From: an uncultured delta proteobacterium
GTDB lineage: Bacteria; Myxococcota; Myxococcia; Myxococcales; Anaeromyxobacteraceae
Assembly (NCBI GenBank): GCA_963766715.1
Contig: CAVYBH010000013.1
Coordinates: forward strand, 128,001 to 192,000
Direction of reading: 5' to 3'
Length of the DNA stretch: 64,000 nucleotides
In this document: positions 52,802 through 62,930 of the stretch, piece after piece
Layout: each line of letters starts with the position of its first letter
How positions within the stretch are numbered: the first letter of the stretch is position 1
The notes under the pieces: generated by a model
The model's database searches: none
What the model was told of the DNA's origin: nothing
Seen by the model: only the letters and a program-made list of their open reading frames with translations
Program-made: the position numbers and the translations under genes

Positions 52802-53820
52802 CTAGGCGCCCTTCTTTCCGCGGCGCGGCTTGCGCCCGCCCCAGGCCCGGGTGGGAGAGGAAGGACGCTCGTCCTCGGTGCGAACCTGCCAGGCCGGCGT
52901 GGTCGGCTTGGTGCCGGCCGAGAGCCGGGCCAGGAGGGCGCGCAGCTCGAGGGGGAACGCGCCGCCGCCCCGGACCTCGCGGAGCCAGCTGTCGAGCGGC
53001 AGGTCCCAGGGGATGAGCGCGAACCGGTCGTCGACCACCGGCGAGGGGCCGGACGAGGGCAGCGCGACCTCGTTCGACGGCTCGCCGATCACGCGCTCCC
53101 GCCCGTCCCGCGAGACGGCGTGGATCTCGCCCCGGTAGCTCCGCCCCGGCTCGAGGTCGTGCACGTAGAAGCCCCTCGACTCGAGGGCGAACTCGGCGGT
53201 GCGGACGAGCTCCCACTCGCCGTCCGGGCGGAGCCCGAAGACGCGGAGCTCGGCCCGCGGGCGGTCCAGCCATTCGAAGGCCCGGGCCACCGTCCCGGAG
53301 GAGTGGTCCCAGTAGAAGAAGAGGGTGCGCGGGTCCCGGGGCAGCCCGACGAAGATGTCCTCGCCGTAGCTCCAGGGCAGCTCGCCCAGCCCCTCGTCGT
53401 CGGGGGGCACCGGCACGTCGGCGAGCGCGCGGAGGCTCATCGGGTCCTCCCGCTCCGCCCCCTCGGTCATGGGGTGCGGCGCCAGGCGCGCCGCCTCCTC
53501 GCCGCGGATGCGGGCCACGAAGTAGCCGTCGGGGTCGAGCCCCTCGGCGCGCGGCGGCCGCGCCGGCAGCTTCCGGCGGGGCGCCTTCGCCCCGGCCGGC
53601 GTCGACTTCCTCGCGGGGGCCTTCTTCGCGCCCTCCCGCTCCCGGCGGCGGTCTTCTTCGCGGGCGCCTTCCGGGCCGGAGCCTTGGCCGGGGCCTTCGC
53701 AGGGGACTTCGGCGCGGCCTTGGCAGCGCTGCGGGCAGGCGCTTTCGCGGCGCCCTTCCCCGGCGACGCCTTCGTCGTGCCCTTCGCTGCGCCCGGCTTC
53801 CTCGGCTTTTTTGCGTCCAT
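52802..53820 (-). CDS. DUF4912-like protein with histone-like Lys/Ala/Pro N-terminus (apparent frameshift near 53635)
   Basis: ELPWSYGED...LPRDPRTLFFYWD, FYV..L.PG..Y, SNEV.LP; KAPAK repeats upstream, partly in a shifted frame. Confidence 0.8.
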
Positions 53821-53983
53821 GGTGACCGTAGAAGACGGCGACCCCGCCGGCGCGTCAAGCGCCACGGTGCCGGATCCGGGGCGGAATCGGCCCCCCGGCG
53901 CCCCGGGGCGGTATCGCCGTCCCTCCCACAAGGGGTGTCCGGGGACCACCGGCCTGCTAACGTGACGTCTCGACAAGGCCCCC

Positions 53984-55894
53984 TTGACCCCGAACGAGCC
54001 CCGGACCCTGGAACCGACCCCCCTCTGCCCGAGCTGCGGCCACCCGCACCGCCCCGGGGAGCCGTGCACGTCCGCGCGCCTGGCCGGCGCGGGCACGGGC
54101 ACGCTGGCGCTCGACCCGGCGCCCGGCGGACGGGGCGAGCCTCCCCGCCTGGTCGATCCCCTCGTCGGCGCCACGGTCGGCAGCTTCCGCGTGATCCGCC
54201 CCCTCGGGCGGGGCGGCATGGGAACGGTCTACCTGGCCGAGCACCCGGTCATCGGCAGCCGGGTGGCGATCAAGTTCCTCCACGAGTCGATGGCGACGAG
54301 CCCGGAGCTGGTGGCCCGGTTCTACGACGAGGCCCGCGCCGTGAACCGGATCGGGCACGAGAACATCGTGGGGATCTTCGATCTCTCGATGCTGCCGCCG
54401 AACCGGTACTACATCGTGATGGAGTACCTCGACGGGGAGGCCCTCTCCTCGCTCATCCGGCGGGGGGCGGTGACCCCGGACGAGGCGCTCGCGGTGCTCG
54501 GGCAGCTCTGCGACGCCCTGCACTGCGCGCACGAGCGCGGCGTCGTGCACCGCGACCTCAAGCCGGACAACGTCTTCGTCCTCCGGCGTCGGGGCGCACC
54601 GTTCGTGAAGCTCCTCGACTTCGGGATCGCCAAGCTCCGCGACGCGCCGGCCGGCAGCCAGACCGCGGCCGGGATGATCGTGGGGACGCCGGAGTACATG
54701 GCGCCGGAGCAGTGCGACAACCGCGCCGTGGACGCGCGCACCGACGTCTATTCACTAGGAGTGATGGCCTACCAGCTGCTCGCCGGGGCCCTCCCCTTCT
54801 CGGGGAGCATCGCCCAGCTGCTCGTGGCCCACCTCCAGGAGACGCCGCGTCCGCCCCGGAGCCTGAACGCCCTGCTCCCTCCGGCCCTCGACGACGCCAT
54901 CCTGAAGGCGCTCCGCAAGCGGCCCGAGGAGCGGTTCGCGTCCATGGCCGAGTTCGGCGAGACGCTCGCCCGGGTGCGCGCGGCGATGGCCGCCGTTCCC
55001 GGACCGGAGGAACCCGCCCCGGCCCCGGCGGCGGCTCCGACCGTCCGCGTGCACCTCGCCGGGGAGAGCGCCCCCCGGGACCTCCCGGCCAGCCAGTTCA
55101 CCCGGGCCGGCGTGTACCTGGCGGCGGATCCGCCCCTTCCGGCGCCGCGATCCCGCGCCTCCGTGGCGGTCCCCGGCCCGGACGGCGACGCGACGATGGT
55201 CCCGGCCGAGGTGGTCCGGGTGGTCGAGCCGGCCGACGCCCGGGCCTGGGGCATGCCGCCGGGGTTCGCCCTGCAGTTCCACGCCTCGACCCCGGCCGAG
55301 CGGGCGGCCGTGGAGCGGATGTCCGGCGCGACGCCCGCCACGCCGCGCTCCGAGCCCACCGACGAGGCGGTGGCGTCCCTCGTCGCCGACCTGGACGCAC
55401 GGACTGCGGGCACGCACTACGAGCTCCTGGGGCTGCCGCCCGACGCCGAGCTGAAGGACGTCCAGAGCCGGGCCCGCTCGCTCCGGGTCCAGCTGGAGCG
55501 GCTCCGGGACCGGAAGCTCTCCCCGCGGCACGCCAGCCTGATCGCGCCGCTCCTCGCCCGGGTCGCCTTCGCGGCGGACGTGGTGGGCGTGGCCTCCGAG
55601 CGCCTCGCCTACGACGCCCGCTGCGGCAATCACCTCGGCGTGGCCCGGTGCATCGCCGCCGGCCTGCCCGAGGCGCTGCTCGCCCAGCGCCGGCAGGAGT
55701 TCCTCCGCGAGCACCCGGGCGCCGCCGAGCGCGCGCGCCAGTGCTCGAGCCGGGCCAAGGTGGCCCGGGCCGTCGGGAACCGCGAGTTCGCGCGCGCCCA
55801 GTACGAGGAGGCGCTCGCCGCCGACCCGCTCGACGTCGACGTCCACCGGGAGTACTGGGCGCTCCGCCGGGAGGCGGACGGGCCGCCGCGTTGA
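53984..55894 (+). CDS. Ser/Thr protein kinase with PilZ-like, J-domain-like and TPR-like C-terminal modules
   Basis: GRGGMG, VAIK, HRDLKPDN, DFG, YMAPE; AEVVRV...GFALQF; HYELLGL; YEEALAADP. Confidence 0.9.
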   Translation: MTPNEPRTLEPTPLCPSCGHPHRPGEPCTSARLAGAGTGTLALDPAPGGRGEPPRLVDPLVGATVGSFRVIRPLGRGGMGTVYLAEHPVIGSRVAIKFLHESMATSPELVARFYDEARAVNRIGHENIVGIFDLSMLPPNRYYIVMEYLDGEALSSLIRRGAVTPDEALAVLGQLCDALHCAHERGVVHRDLKPDNVFVLRRRGAPFVKLLDFGIAKLRDAPAGSQTAAGMIVGTPEYMAPEQCDNRAVDARTDVYSLGVMAYQLLAGALPFSGSIAQLLVAHLQETPRPPRSLNALLPPALDDAILKALRKRPEERFASMAEFGETLARVRAAMAAVPGPEEPAPAPAAAPTVRVHLAGESAPRDLPASQFTRAGVYLAADPPLPAPRSRASVAVPGPDGDATMVPAEVVRVVEPADARAWGMPPGFALQFHASTPAERAAVERMSGATPATPRSEPTDEAVASLVADLDARTAGTHYELLGLPPDAELKDVQSRARSLRVQLERLRDRKLSPRHASLIAPLLARVAFAADVVGVASERLAYDARCGNHLGVARCIAAGLPEALLAQRRQEFLREHPGAAERARQCSSRAKVARAVGNREFARAQYEEALAADPLDVDVHREYWALRREADGPPR

Positions 55895-55948
55895 CCCTCC
55901 CCGGGACGGCCGGCCTCCGGGGCCGGCTCCCGGCATAGAATGGCGGAC

Positions 55949-56711
55949 ATGACGACCCTTCCCCTCACGGTCCTCGTCACCGGCGCGACGGCGGGCTTCG
56001 GCGAGGCCACCGCCGAGCGCTTCGCCCGGGACGGCGCCCGCCTCGTCGCTGGCCGGGCGCCGCGCCGACCGGCTCGAGGCGCTCGCGGCCCGGCTCTCCC
56101 CGTTCGTCCCGGTCCACGCCCTTCCGCTCGACGTGCGCGACCGCGCCGCCGTGGAGCGGGCCCTCTCCTCCCTGCCGCCGGACTTCGCCCAGGTGGACGT
56201 GCTCGTGAACAACGCCGGGCTCGCCCTCGGGCTCGAGCCGGCGCAGCGGGCCAGCCTGGACGAGTGGGACCAGATGATCGACACCAACGCGCGGGGGCTC
56301 GTCGCGGTCACGCGCCAGGTCATCCCGGGGATGGTGGAGCGCGGGCGCGGCCACGTCGTGAACCTGGGCTCGGTGGCCGGGACCTACCCCTACCCCGGCG
56401 GCAACGTCTACGGCGCCACCAAGGCCTTCGTGCACCAGTTCTCGCTCAACCTGCGCGCCGACCTGGTGGGCACCGGGGTGCGCGTCACCTGCGTGGAGCC
56501 CGGCATGGCCGACACCGAGTTCTCGCTCGTCCGCCTCAAGGACGCGGAGAAGGCCCGCGCGGTCTACCAGGGGCTCGAGCCGCTCTCGGCGGCCGACGTC
56601 GCGGACGCCATCCACTGGGTGGTCACCCGTCCGCCTCACGTCAACGTGAACGTCCTCGAGCTCATGCCCGAGGCGCAGGCGTTCTCTCCCTTCACGGTGA
56701 AGCGGCGCTAG
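55949..56711 (+). CDS. SDR oxidoreductase, YdfG-like (apparent frameshift near 56048)
   Basis: TGATAGFG, NNAGLALG, YGATK, EPGMADTEFS. Confidence 0.9.
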
Positions 56712-56726
56712 CCGCGGACCTGGCCC

Positions 56727-59700
56727 TTGCCCTCCGACGCGCTCGTCCCGGGTCTCGGCGTCGCCCCCGCGCCCTTCCGCGCCGCGGATGCGGAGGAGCG
56801 CCTCGGCCGCCTGCGCAAGCGCCTCGGGCCGAGGCTCGAGGCGCTGGAGGCGCTCTGCCACCTGGCCCCCGACCCCGACCTGGCGCTGGCCGGCGTGGAG
56901 CGCTTCCTCGACGCGGAGGCGCTGCCCGCGGGGCGCGACCTCCTGGAGGCGCTCGTCCTCCTCACCGGCTCCTCGCGCCTGGCCGCGTCCGCGCTGGCGC
57001 GCGATCCCCGCATGCTCCGGCGGGCCGCCCGGTCGCCCTTCGCGCACCGCGCGCGTCCCGAGGACTCGATGCGCGGGGTCCTGGCGCGGGCCGTCCGCCG
57101 GCTCGACCCGGAGGACGTCGCCGGGCTTCACCGGGTGCTCCGGCGCTTCGCCTCCCGCGAGGTGCTCCGCATCGCGCTGCGCGACCTCCGGCGGGCCCGC
57201 GTGGACGAGATCACCGGGCGATCTCTCGTCCCTGGCCAGCGCCGCGCTCCACGCCGCGATCGGCTTCCACGACCGGCGCCTCCGCGCCCGCCACGGCGCG
57301 CCCGAGCGGGCTCGCCGACCGCGAGCCGGGCGCCGGCTTCTGCGCCATCGCCATGGGGAAGCTGGGCGCAGGCGAGCTCAACTTCTCCTCCGACATCGAC
57401 CTCATCTACGTCTACCAGTCGGACGGGAACACCACCGGCGAGCACCCGCTCACCCACTTCGCCTACTACGCGCGGCTCGCCGAGCTGGTCACCGAGAGCC
57501 TGGCCAAGGTCACCGAGGACGGGTTCGTCTTCCGGGTCGACCTGAACCTGCGCCCCGACGGCCGCAGCGGCCCCATCGTGAACGGCATCCGCGCCGCCGA
57601 GCTCTACTACCAGGCCTTCGGGAGGTCCTGGGAACGCAACGCGCTCGTCAAGGCGCGTCCCGCCGCGGGCGACCTGGCGGTCGGAGGGGAGCTCCTCGCG
57701 CTGCTCGAGCCGTTCATCTGGCGCCGCTCCCTCGACCTGGGGATCATCGAGGAGATCCAGGCCATGAAGGCCCGCATCGACGCGCGCGCCGGCGCCGAGG
57801 GCAAGGACGATCTCAAGCTGGGAAAGGGCGGCATCCGCGAGGCCGAGTTCTTCGTCTCGGCCCTGCAGCTCCTCCACGGCGGGAAGCTGCGCGACCCCGG
57901 GATCCGGGAGCGAGCCGTCCTCCGCGCCCTCGACCGGCTCCTCTTCGCCGGCATCGTCCCCGCCCGCGACCGCGACGCCATCTCCGACGCCTACCTCTTC
58001 CTGCGACGGGCCGAGCACCGGGTCCAGATGGTCGACGGCCGCCAGACCCACCGGCTGCCGCCGCCCGAGGAGCGGCTCGGCCTGGCCCGGTCGATGGGCT
58101 ACGCCGACGTGGAGAAGTTCGAGGCCGCGCTGGCCGGCTACCGGGAGCGGGTGTCGACGCTCTTCGCCGGGCTCCTCGGGACCGGGGGCGGCACGGCCCC
58201 GCTCGACCCCGAGCTGGCGCTGCTCGCCGACCAGCAGGTGGAGCCGGAGCGGCGCAAGGAGATCGCGCTCCGCCGGGGCTTCGGGAACCCCGACCAGGCC
58301 ATCGCCGCCATCGACGCGCTGGCCCGCCGCTCCACCCCCTTCTCGCGCATGGGAGATCCCGCCGCCGCGGTGGCGTTGCTCACCGAGGTGGCCGCCACGC
58401 CCGACCCGGACCAGGCCATCGCGCACCTCTCCGAGTTCGCGGCGGCCCTCCAGTCGGCCGAGACCTACTTCCGGATCCTGCGCGACTCCCCGCGGGTGGC
58501 CCGCCAGCTGGTCTCGCTCTTCGGGACCTCCGACTTCCTCTCCAAGCGCTTCCTGCGCCACCCGGAGCTGGTGGACCAGCTCATCCGGGACGACCAGGTG
58601 GTCCTGGAGAAGGCGCTCCCCGGCTTCCGCGAGGAGATCGCGTCGCGCCTGGCCACCGTCCCGCCGGACACCCAGATCGACGAGGCGCTGGAGCGGAAGC
58701 TGGCCGAGCTGCGGCGCTACAAGAACGAGGAGGTGCTCCGGATCGCCATGCACGACATCGCGGGGAGCATCCGCCTGTCCAGCGTGGCCGAGCAGCTCTC
58801 CGACCTGGCCGAGGCGCTCCTCGGAGCGGCCCTCGAGCTGGCCGAGGAGGAGGCGCGGGCCAAGGGGCGGATGCCGCCGGGGCGGCTCACCGTGATGGCC
58901 CTCGGCAAGCTGGGCGGGCGGGAGCTGGGCTACCACTCCGACCTCGACCTCATCTTCCTGTATCCGGCGACCGGGCCGGGGGAGACCGGTTCCCCGGGGC
59001 AATCCACCGCGCACACCCTCTACGCGCGCCTCGCCGAGCGCTTCCTGTCGTTCCTCCAGATGCCGCTCCGGGAGGGGTTCCTCTACAAGATCGACACCCG
59101 GCTGCGCCCCAGCGGCAACCAGGGGGCGCTCGTCACGAGCGACCAGGGCTTCGCCCGCTACCACCTCGCCAGCCCCGAAGGCCCCCAGGTCCGCAGCCAG
59201 CTCTGGGAGCGCCAGGCCCTGCTCCGCGCCCGGTTCGCCGCCGGGGACGCCGCCTTCTTCGATCGGGTCCGCCGCGAGGTGCTCGAGCCCGTGCTCTTCG
59301 GGACCGCCGTCGATCGCGCCGCGCTGGCCGCCGAGGTGGTCCGCATGCGGGAACGGATGGAGAGCGAGATCGGCAAGGAGGCCGCCAAGGGAAAGAACCC
59401 CAAGGTGGGACGAGGCGGCATCGTCGACATCGAGTTCGCCGTCCAGTACCTCCAGCTGGCCCACGGGCACGACTTCCCCTCGATCCGCACTCCCGGGACG
59501 CCCGAGGCGCTCCGGCTGCTGCGCGGGGCCGGGCTCCTCCGGGAGGGGACCTACGACGCGCTGGCCCAGGGCTACGAGTTCCACCGCCGCCTCGCCACGC
59601 GGATGCGCATCGTCCACGACTACGGCATCGACTACCTGCCGGCCGGGGGCCGCGCCCTCGCCCAGCTGGCGCGCCGGCTCGGCTACCACGGCGAGGACCC

Positions 59701-59779
59701 GGGCGCCCGGCTGCTGGCCGACTACGGCCGGATCACCGACGCCGTGCGCGCCGCCTTCCTGGACGCCGTCTCGGCGTGA
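56727..59779 (+). CDS. glnE: Glutamine synthetase adenylyltransferase/adenylyl-removing enzyme (apparent frameshifts near 57216 and 57305)
   Basis: Two NT domains (MGKLGAGELNFSSDIDL; LGKLGGRELGYHSDLDL), LRPDG/LRPSG, GGIREAEF/GGIVDIEF. Confidence 0.95.
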
Positions 59780-59856
59780 GGAAGCCGGGGGATCGGCAGC
59801 CCTTCCCTTCGACGCGCGGCACCGTTATGCATGGGGACCCCGGGAGGCGCGCGACC

Positions 59857-61095
59857 ATGAAGATCCGATACGACCTGAAACCCCGCTCCCAGCGGCGGAC
59901 GTCCCCCTTCCGGCCGGAGGGAACCCTCTCCTTCGGCCAGCTGCGCACCGACCACATGTTCCTCATGGACTACGAGGACGGGCAGTGGATCGACCCGCGC
60001 ATCGTCCCCTACGGGCCCCTCTCGCTGGCCCCGGGCGCCGTGGTCCTCCACTACGCCCAGGAGATCTTCGAGGGCGCCAAGGCCTTCCTGCACGAGGACG
60101 GCGAGATCCACGCCTTCCGCATCGACAAGAACGCGGCGCGGCTGAACCGCTCCGGGGCGGGCGTCCTCATCCCGCCCATCCCGGAGGACGACCAGGTCCA
60201 GGCCATCCTCGCGCTCCTCGACGTCGAGCGGCTGTGGGCGCCGCACCAGGAGGGGGCCTCCCTCTACATCCGCCCGTTCGTCTTCGGGACCCAGGACGCA
60301 CTAGGAGTGAAGCCCAGCTCGCGCTACACCTTCTGCGTCTTCCTCTCCCCGAGCGGCCCCTACTACCCGGCCGGCTTCCGGGAGCCGGTGAAGCTGCTGG
60401 TGACCCGCCGCTTCCACCGGGCGGCGCCGGGCGGGACGGGCGCGTTCAAGACCGGCGGGAACTACGCGGCGTCGCTCATGGCGGGCCACGTGGCCCACGA
60501 GCACGGTGCGAGCCAGGTCCTCTTCCTCGACGTGACCGACACGTACATCGAGGAAGCCGGCGCGATGAACCACTACCACGTCACCCGCGACGGGTCGGTC
60601 GTCATCCCCACATTCACCGAGACCATCCTCCGCTCCATCACGTCCGAGTCGGTCCTCGAGCTCGGCAAGCGCGAGCTCGGGGTGGAGGCCGGCCAGGCGC
60701 GAATCCCCGTCGAGGCGTTCCTCGACGACGTGCGGTCCGGCGCCATCACCGAGGCGGGCGGGTTCGGGACGGCGGCGGTCGTCTCGGCCGTCGGCACCTA
60801 CGTCTTCGACGACGGGACCCAGCTTCGCGTCGGCGACGGGCACATCGGTCCCCACACGCGCCGCATCTACGAGGTCCTGACCGGCATCCAGCGCGGCAAG
60901 CGCGCGCCGCCCAAGGGGTGGCTCTTCCAGGCCCCGCACCTCGAGGCGACCCGCCCGCCCAAGGCGCGCAAGTCTGCCCCGGCTCGTCGTCCGAAGAGCC
61001 GTCCGGAGAGCCCCACTCGCCCGACCCGGGGAGCGGCCAAGCGCAAGCCGGCCCCGGCCGCGGCGGCTCGCGGAGCGTCCCGCCGGCGCCGCTGA
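59857..61095 (+). CDS. ilvE: Branched-chain amino acid aminotransferase with basic C-terminal tail
   Basis: TDHMF, LHYAQEIFEG, LYIRP, KTGGNYAAS, EEAGAMN, GTAAVVS. Confidence 0.94.
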   Translation: MKIRYDLKPRSQRRTSPFRPEGTLSFGQLRTDHMFLMDYEDGQWIDPRIVPYGPLSLAPGAVVLHYAQEIFEGAKAFLHEDGEIHAFRIDKNAARLNRSGAGVLIPPIPEDDQVQAILALLDVERLWAPHQEGASLYIRPFVFGTQDALGVKPSSRYTFCVFLSPSGPYYPAGFREPVKLLVTRRFHRAAPGGTGAFKTGGNYAASLMAGHVAHEHGASQVLFLDVTDTYIEEAGAMNHYHVTRDGSVVIPTFTETILRSITSESVLELGKRELGVEAGQARIPVEAFLDDVRSGAITEAGGFGTAAVVSAVGTYVFDDGTQLRVGDGHIGPHTRRIYEVLTGIQRGKRAPPKGWLFQAPHLEATRPPKARKSAPARRPKSRPESPTRPTRGAAKRKPAPAAAARGASRRRR

Positions 61096-61250
61096 CCCGC
61101 GCACCGACTTTCCCTCCGTCGTTCCCCCGCCGGGAATAGCCCGCGCTGCGGTGCGTTCGCCCTTGCGACGGGGGAATCAGCGGTTAAATCCCCATGACCC
61201 CAAACGGGTAAAACTTTCCTATTTCTGAATACTTGAGCGGAGCAACCGAG

Positions 61251-62021
61251 ATGCGAACCCGTTACCTCGACCTCGACGACCGAACCCAGGACCTGAACGA
61301 GCGAATGGAGGAAGAGCCGGAAATCGCTGCTGATTTCCTGCAGAAGTACGAGCTTTCCTGGGTCTACCACGAGAACGCCCTCGAAGGGGTCATCTACACG
61401 GTCCAGGAACTGGTGGCCGGCCTCGCCGCTCCGCAGCCCGTGGCCGACGCGATGGTGATCGGGGTCCTCCAGGAGGTCCGCAACCACAAGGCCGCCATCG
61501 ACCTGGTGCGCGCGGAGGCCGCGAAGAAGCAGCCGAAGGTGAACCTGACCCTCGTGAAGAAGCTCCACGAGACCCTTCACGCCAACATCCAGAGCAAGGG
61601 CCTGTCCGAGTTCCGCAAGGACATGCCCCTTCACCGCGCCTACTTCCACGAGATCGCCCAGCCGCCCCGGATCGCGGCCATGCTGACGAAGGTCCTCGAC
61701 GGCACCGATTCGTCCGAGTTCAAGAAGTCGCACCCGGTCGTCCAGGCGGCCCGCGTCCAGCACGGCTTCATGCAGGCCTATCCGTACACCGACGGCTCGG
61801 GCAAGGTGGCGCGGCTCCTGGCGAATCTCTACCTGATCCGCGGTGGCTTCCTTCCCTGCGTGATCCACTCCATCGACCGGCAGCGCTACTACGACTCCTT
61901 CAAGATGCCCGAGGCGGTCCTCCGCGACCTGATGCTCGAGGCCATGGACAACGCGCTCGGGCACGCCGAGAAGCACTTCGCCGAGGCGCCGCCCTCCCGC
62001 GCCCGCCGGTCGGCCCGATAG
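61251..62021 (+). CDS. Fic-fold protein with degenerate catalytic motif
   Basis: SWVYHENALEG; YPYTDGSGKVARLL in place of HPFxDGNGRxxR; DRQRYY. Confidence 0.85.
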   Translation: MRTRYLDLDDRTQDLNERMEEEPEIAADFLQKYELSWVYHENALEGVIYTVQELVAGLAAPQPVADAMVIGVLQEVRNHKAAIDLVRAEAAKKQPKVNLTLVKKLHETLHANIQSKGLSEFRKDMPLHRAYFHEIAQPPRIAAMLTKVLDGTDSSEFKKSHPVVQAARVQHGFMQAYPYTDGSGKVARLLANLYLIRGGFLPCVIHSIDRQRYYDSFKMPEAVLRDLMLEAMDNALGHAEKHFAEAPPSRARRSAR

Positions 62022-62105
62022 GGTCACCCCCGGCCGCGGTACGGCCCGCAAACCGGCCTTCTGCCCGTGGCGGTACCGGGGGGCTTGGTGTATGAGGTGC
62101 CCCGC

Positions 62106-62930
62106 ATGATCCTGGGCGCCCACGAGGGCATCGCTGGTGGGGTGTCCCGCGCTTTCGAGCGCGCCGAGCAGGACACCGCCGAGGCCGTGCAAATCTTCGT
62201 CCGCAACCCGAGGGGCTGGGCGTCGAAGCCCGTCGAGGACGACGAGGTCGACCGGTTCCGCTCGGAGGCCAAGCGGACCGGCATGCCGTCGGCCGCCCAC
62301 TCCATCTACCTCGCCAACCACGCCTCCCCCGATCGGGAGCTCCGCGAGAAGTCGTGGGGCGCCCTCGGGGACGAGCTGGCGCGCTGCGAGCAGCTCGGGA
62401 TCGCGCTCCTCATCTTCCATCCGGGGAGCAACCCGGACGAGAAGCAGGGGCTCGCGTTCGCCGCCGAGGGCATGGAGCGGGCGCTCGACTCGGTGAAGGG
62501 TCGGGTCCGCCTCTGCGTGGAGATCACCGCCGGACAGGGGAAGTCCCTCGGCTGGCGCTTCGAGCAGGTCGCGGCCATCCGCGACGCGGTGCCGGGCGCG
62601 GCCCGCCGCCGGGTCGGGGTCTGCTTCGACACCTGCCACGCCTACGCGGCCGGCTACGACCTGGCCACCGCCGAGGGCTACGACGCGACCTTCGCGGAGT
62701 TCGACCGGGTGATCGGCCTCGACCACCTCTCGGCGTTCCACCTGAACGACTGCAAGAAGCCCCTGGGGTGCCGCGTCGACCGCCACGAGCACATCGGACA
62801 GGGCACGCTGGGCCGGGAGCCCTTCCGCCGCCTGGTGAACGACCGGCGCTTCGCGAAGCTGCCGGCCTTCCTGGAGACCGAGATGAACTTCCGGGAGAAC
62901 CTCCAGGTCCTCCGGTCCCTCCTGCGATGA
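62106..62930 (+). CDS. nfo: Endonuclease IV
   Basis: LGAH, QIF, HSIYLAN, HPG, EITAGQG, DTCHAY, HLND, DRHEHIG, LET. Confidence 0.95.
   Translation: MILGAHEGIAGGVSRAFERAEQDTAEAVQIFVRNPRGWASKPVEDDEVDRFRSEAKRTGMPSAAHSIYLANHASPDRELREKSWGALGDELARCEQLGIALLIFHPGSNPDEKQGLAFAAEGMERALDSVKGRVRLCVEITAGQGKSLGWRFEQVAAIRDAVPGAARRRVGVCFDTCHAYAAGYDLATAEGYDATFAEFDRVIGLDHLSAFHLNDCKKPLGCRVDRHEHIGQGTLGREPFRRLVNDRRFAKLPAFLETEMNFRENLQVLRSLLR

Noticed and set aside
61096..61250. AT-rich intergenic region as an ncRNA or tRNA
   Set aside because: No cloverleaf or known RNA motif; most simply the promoter of the Fic-like gene.
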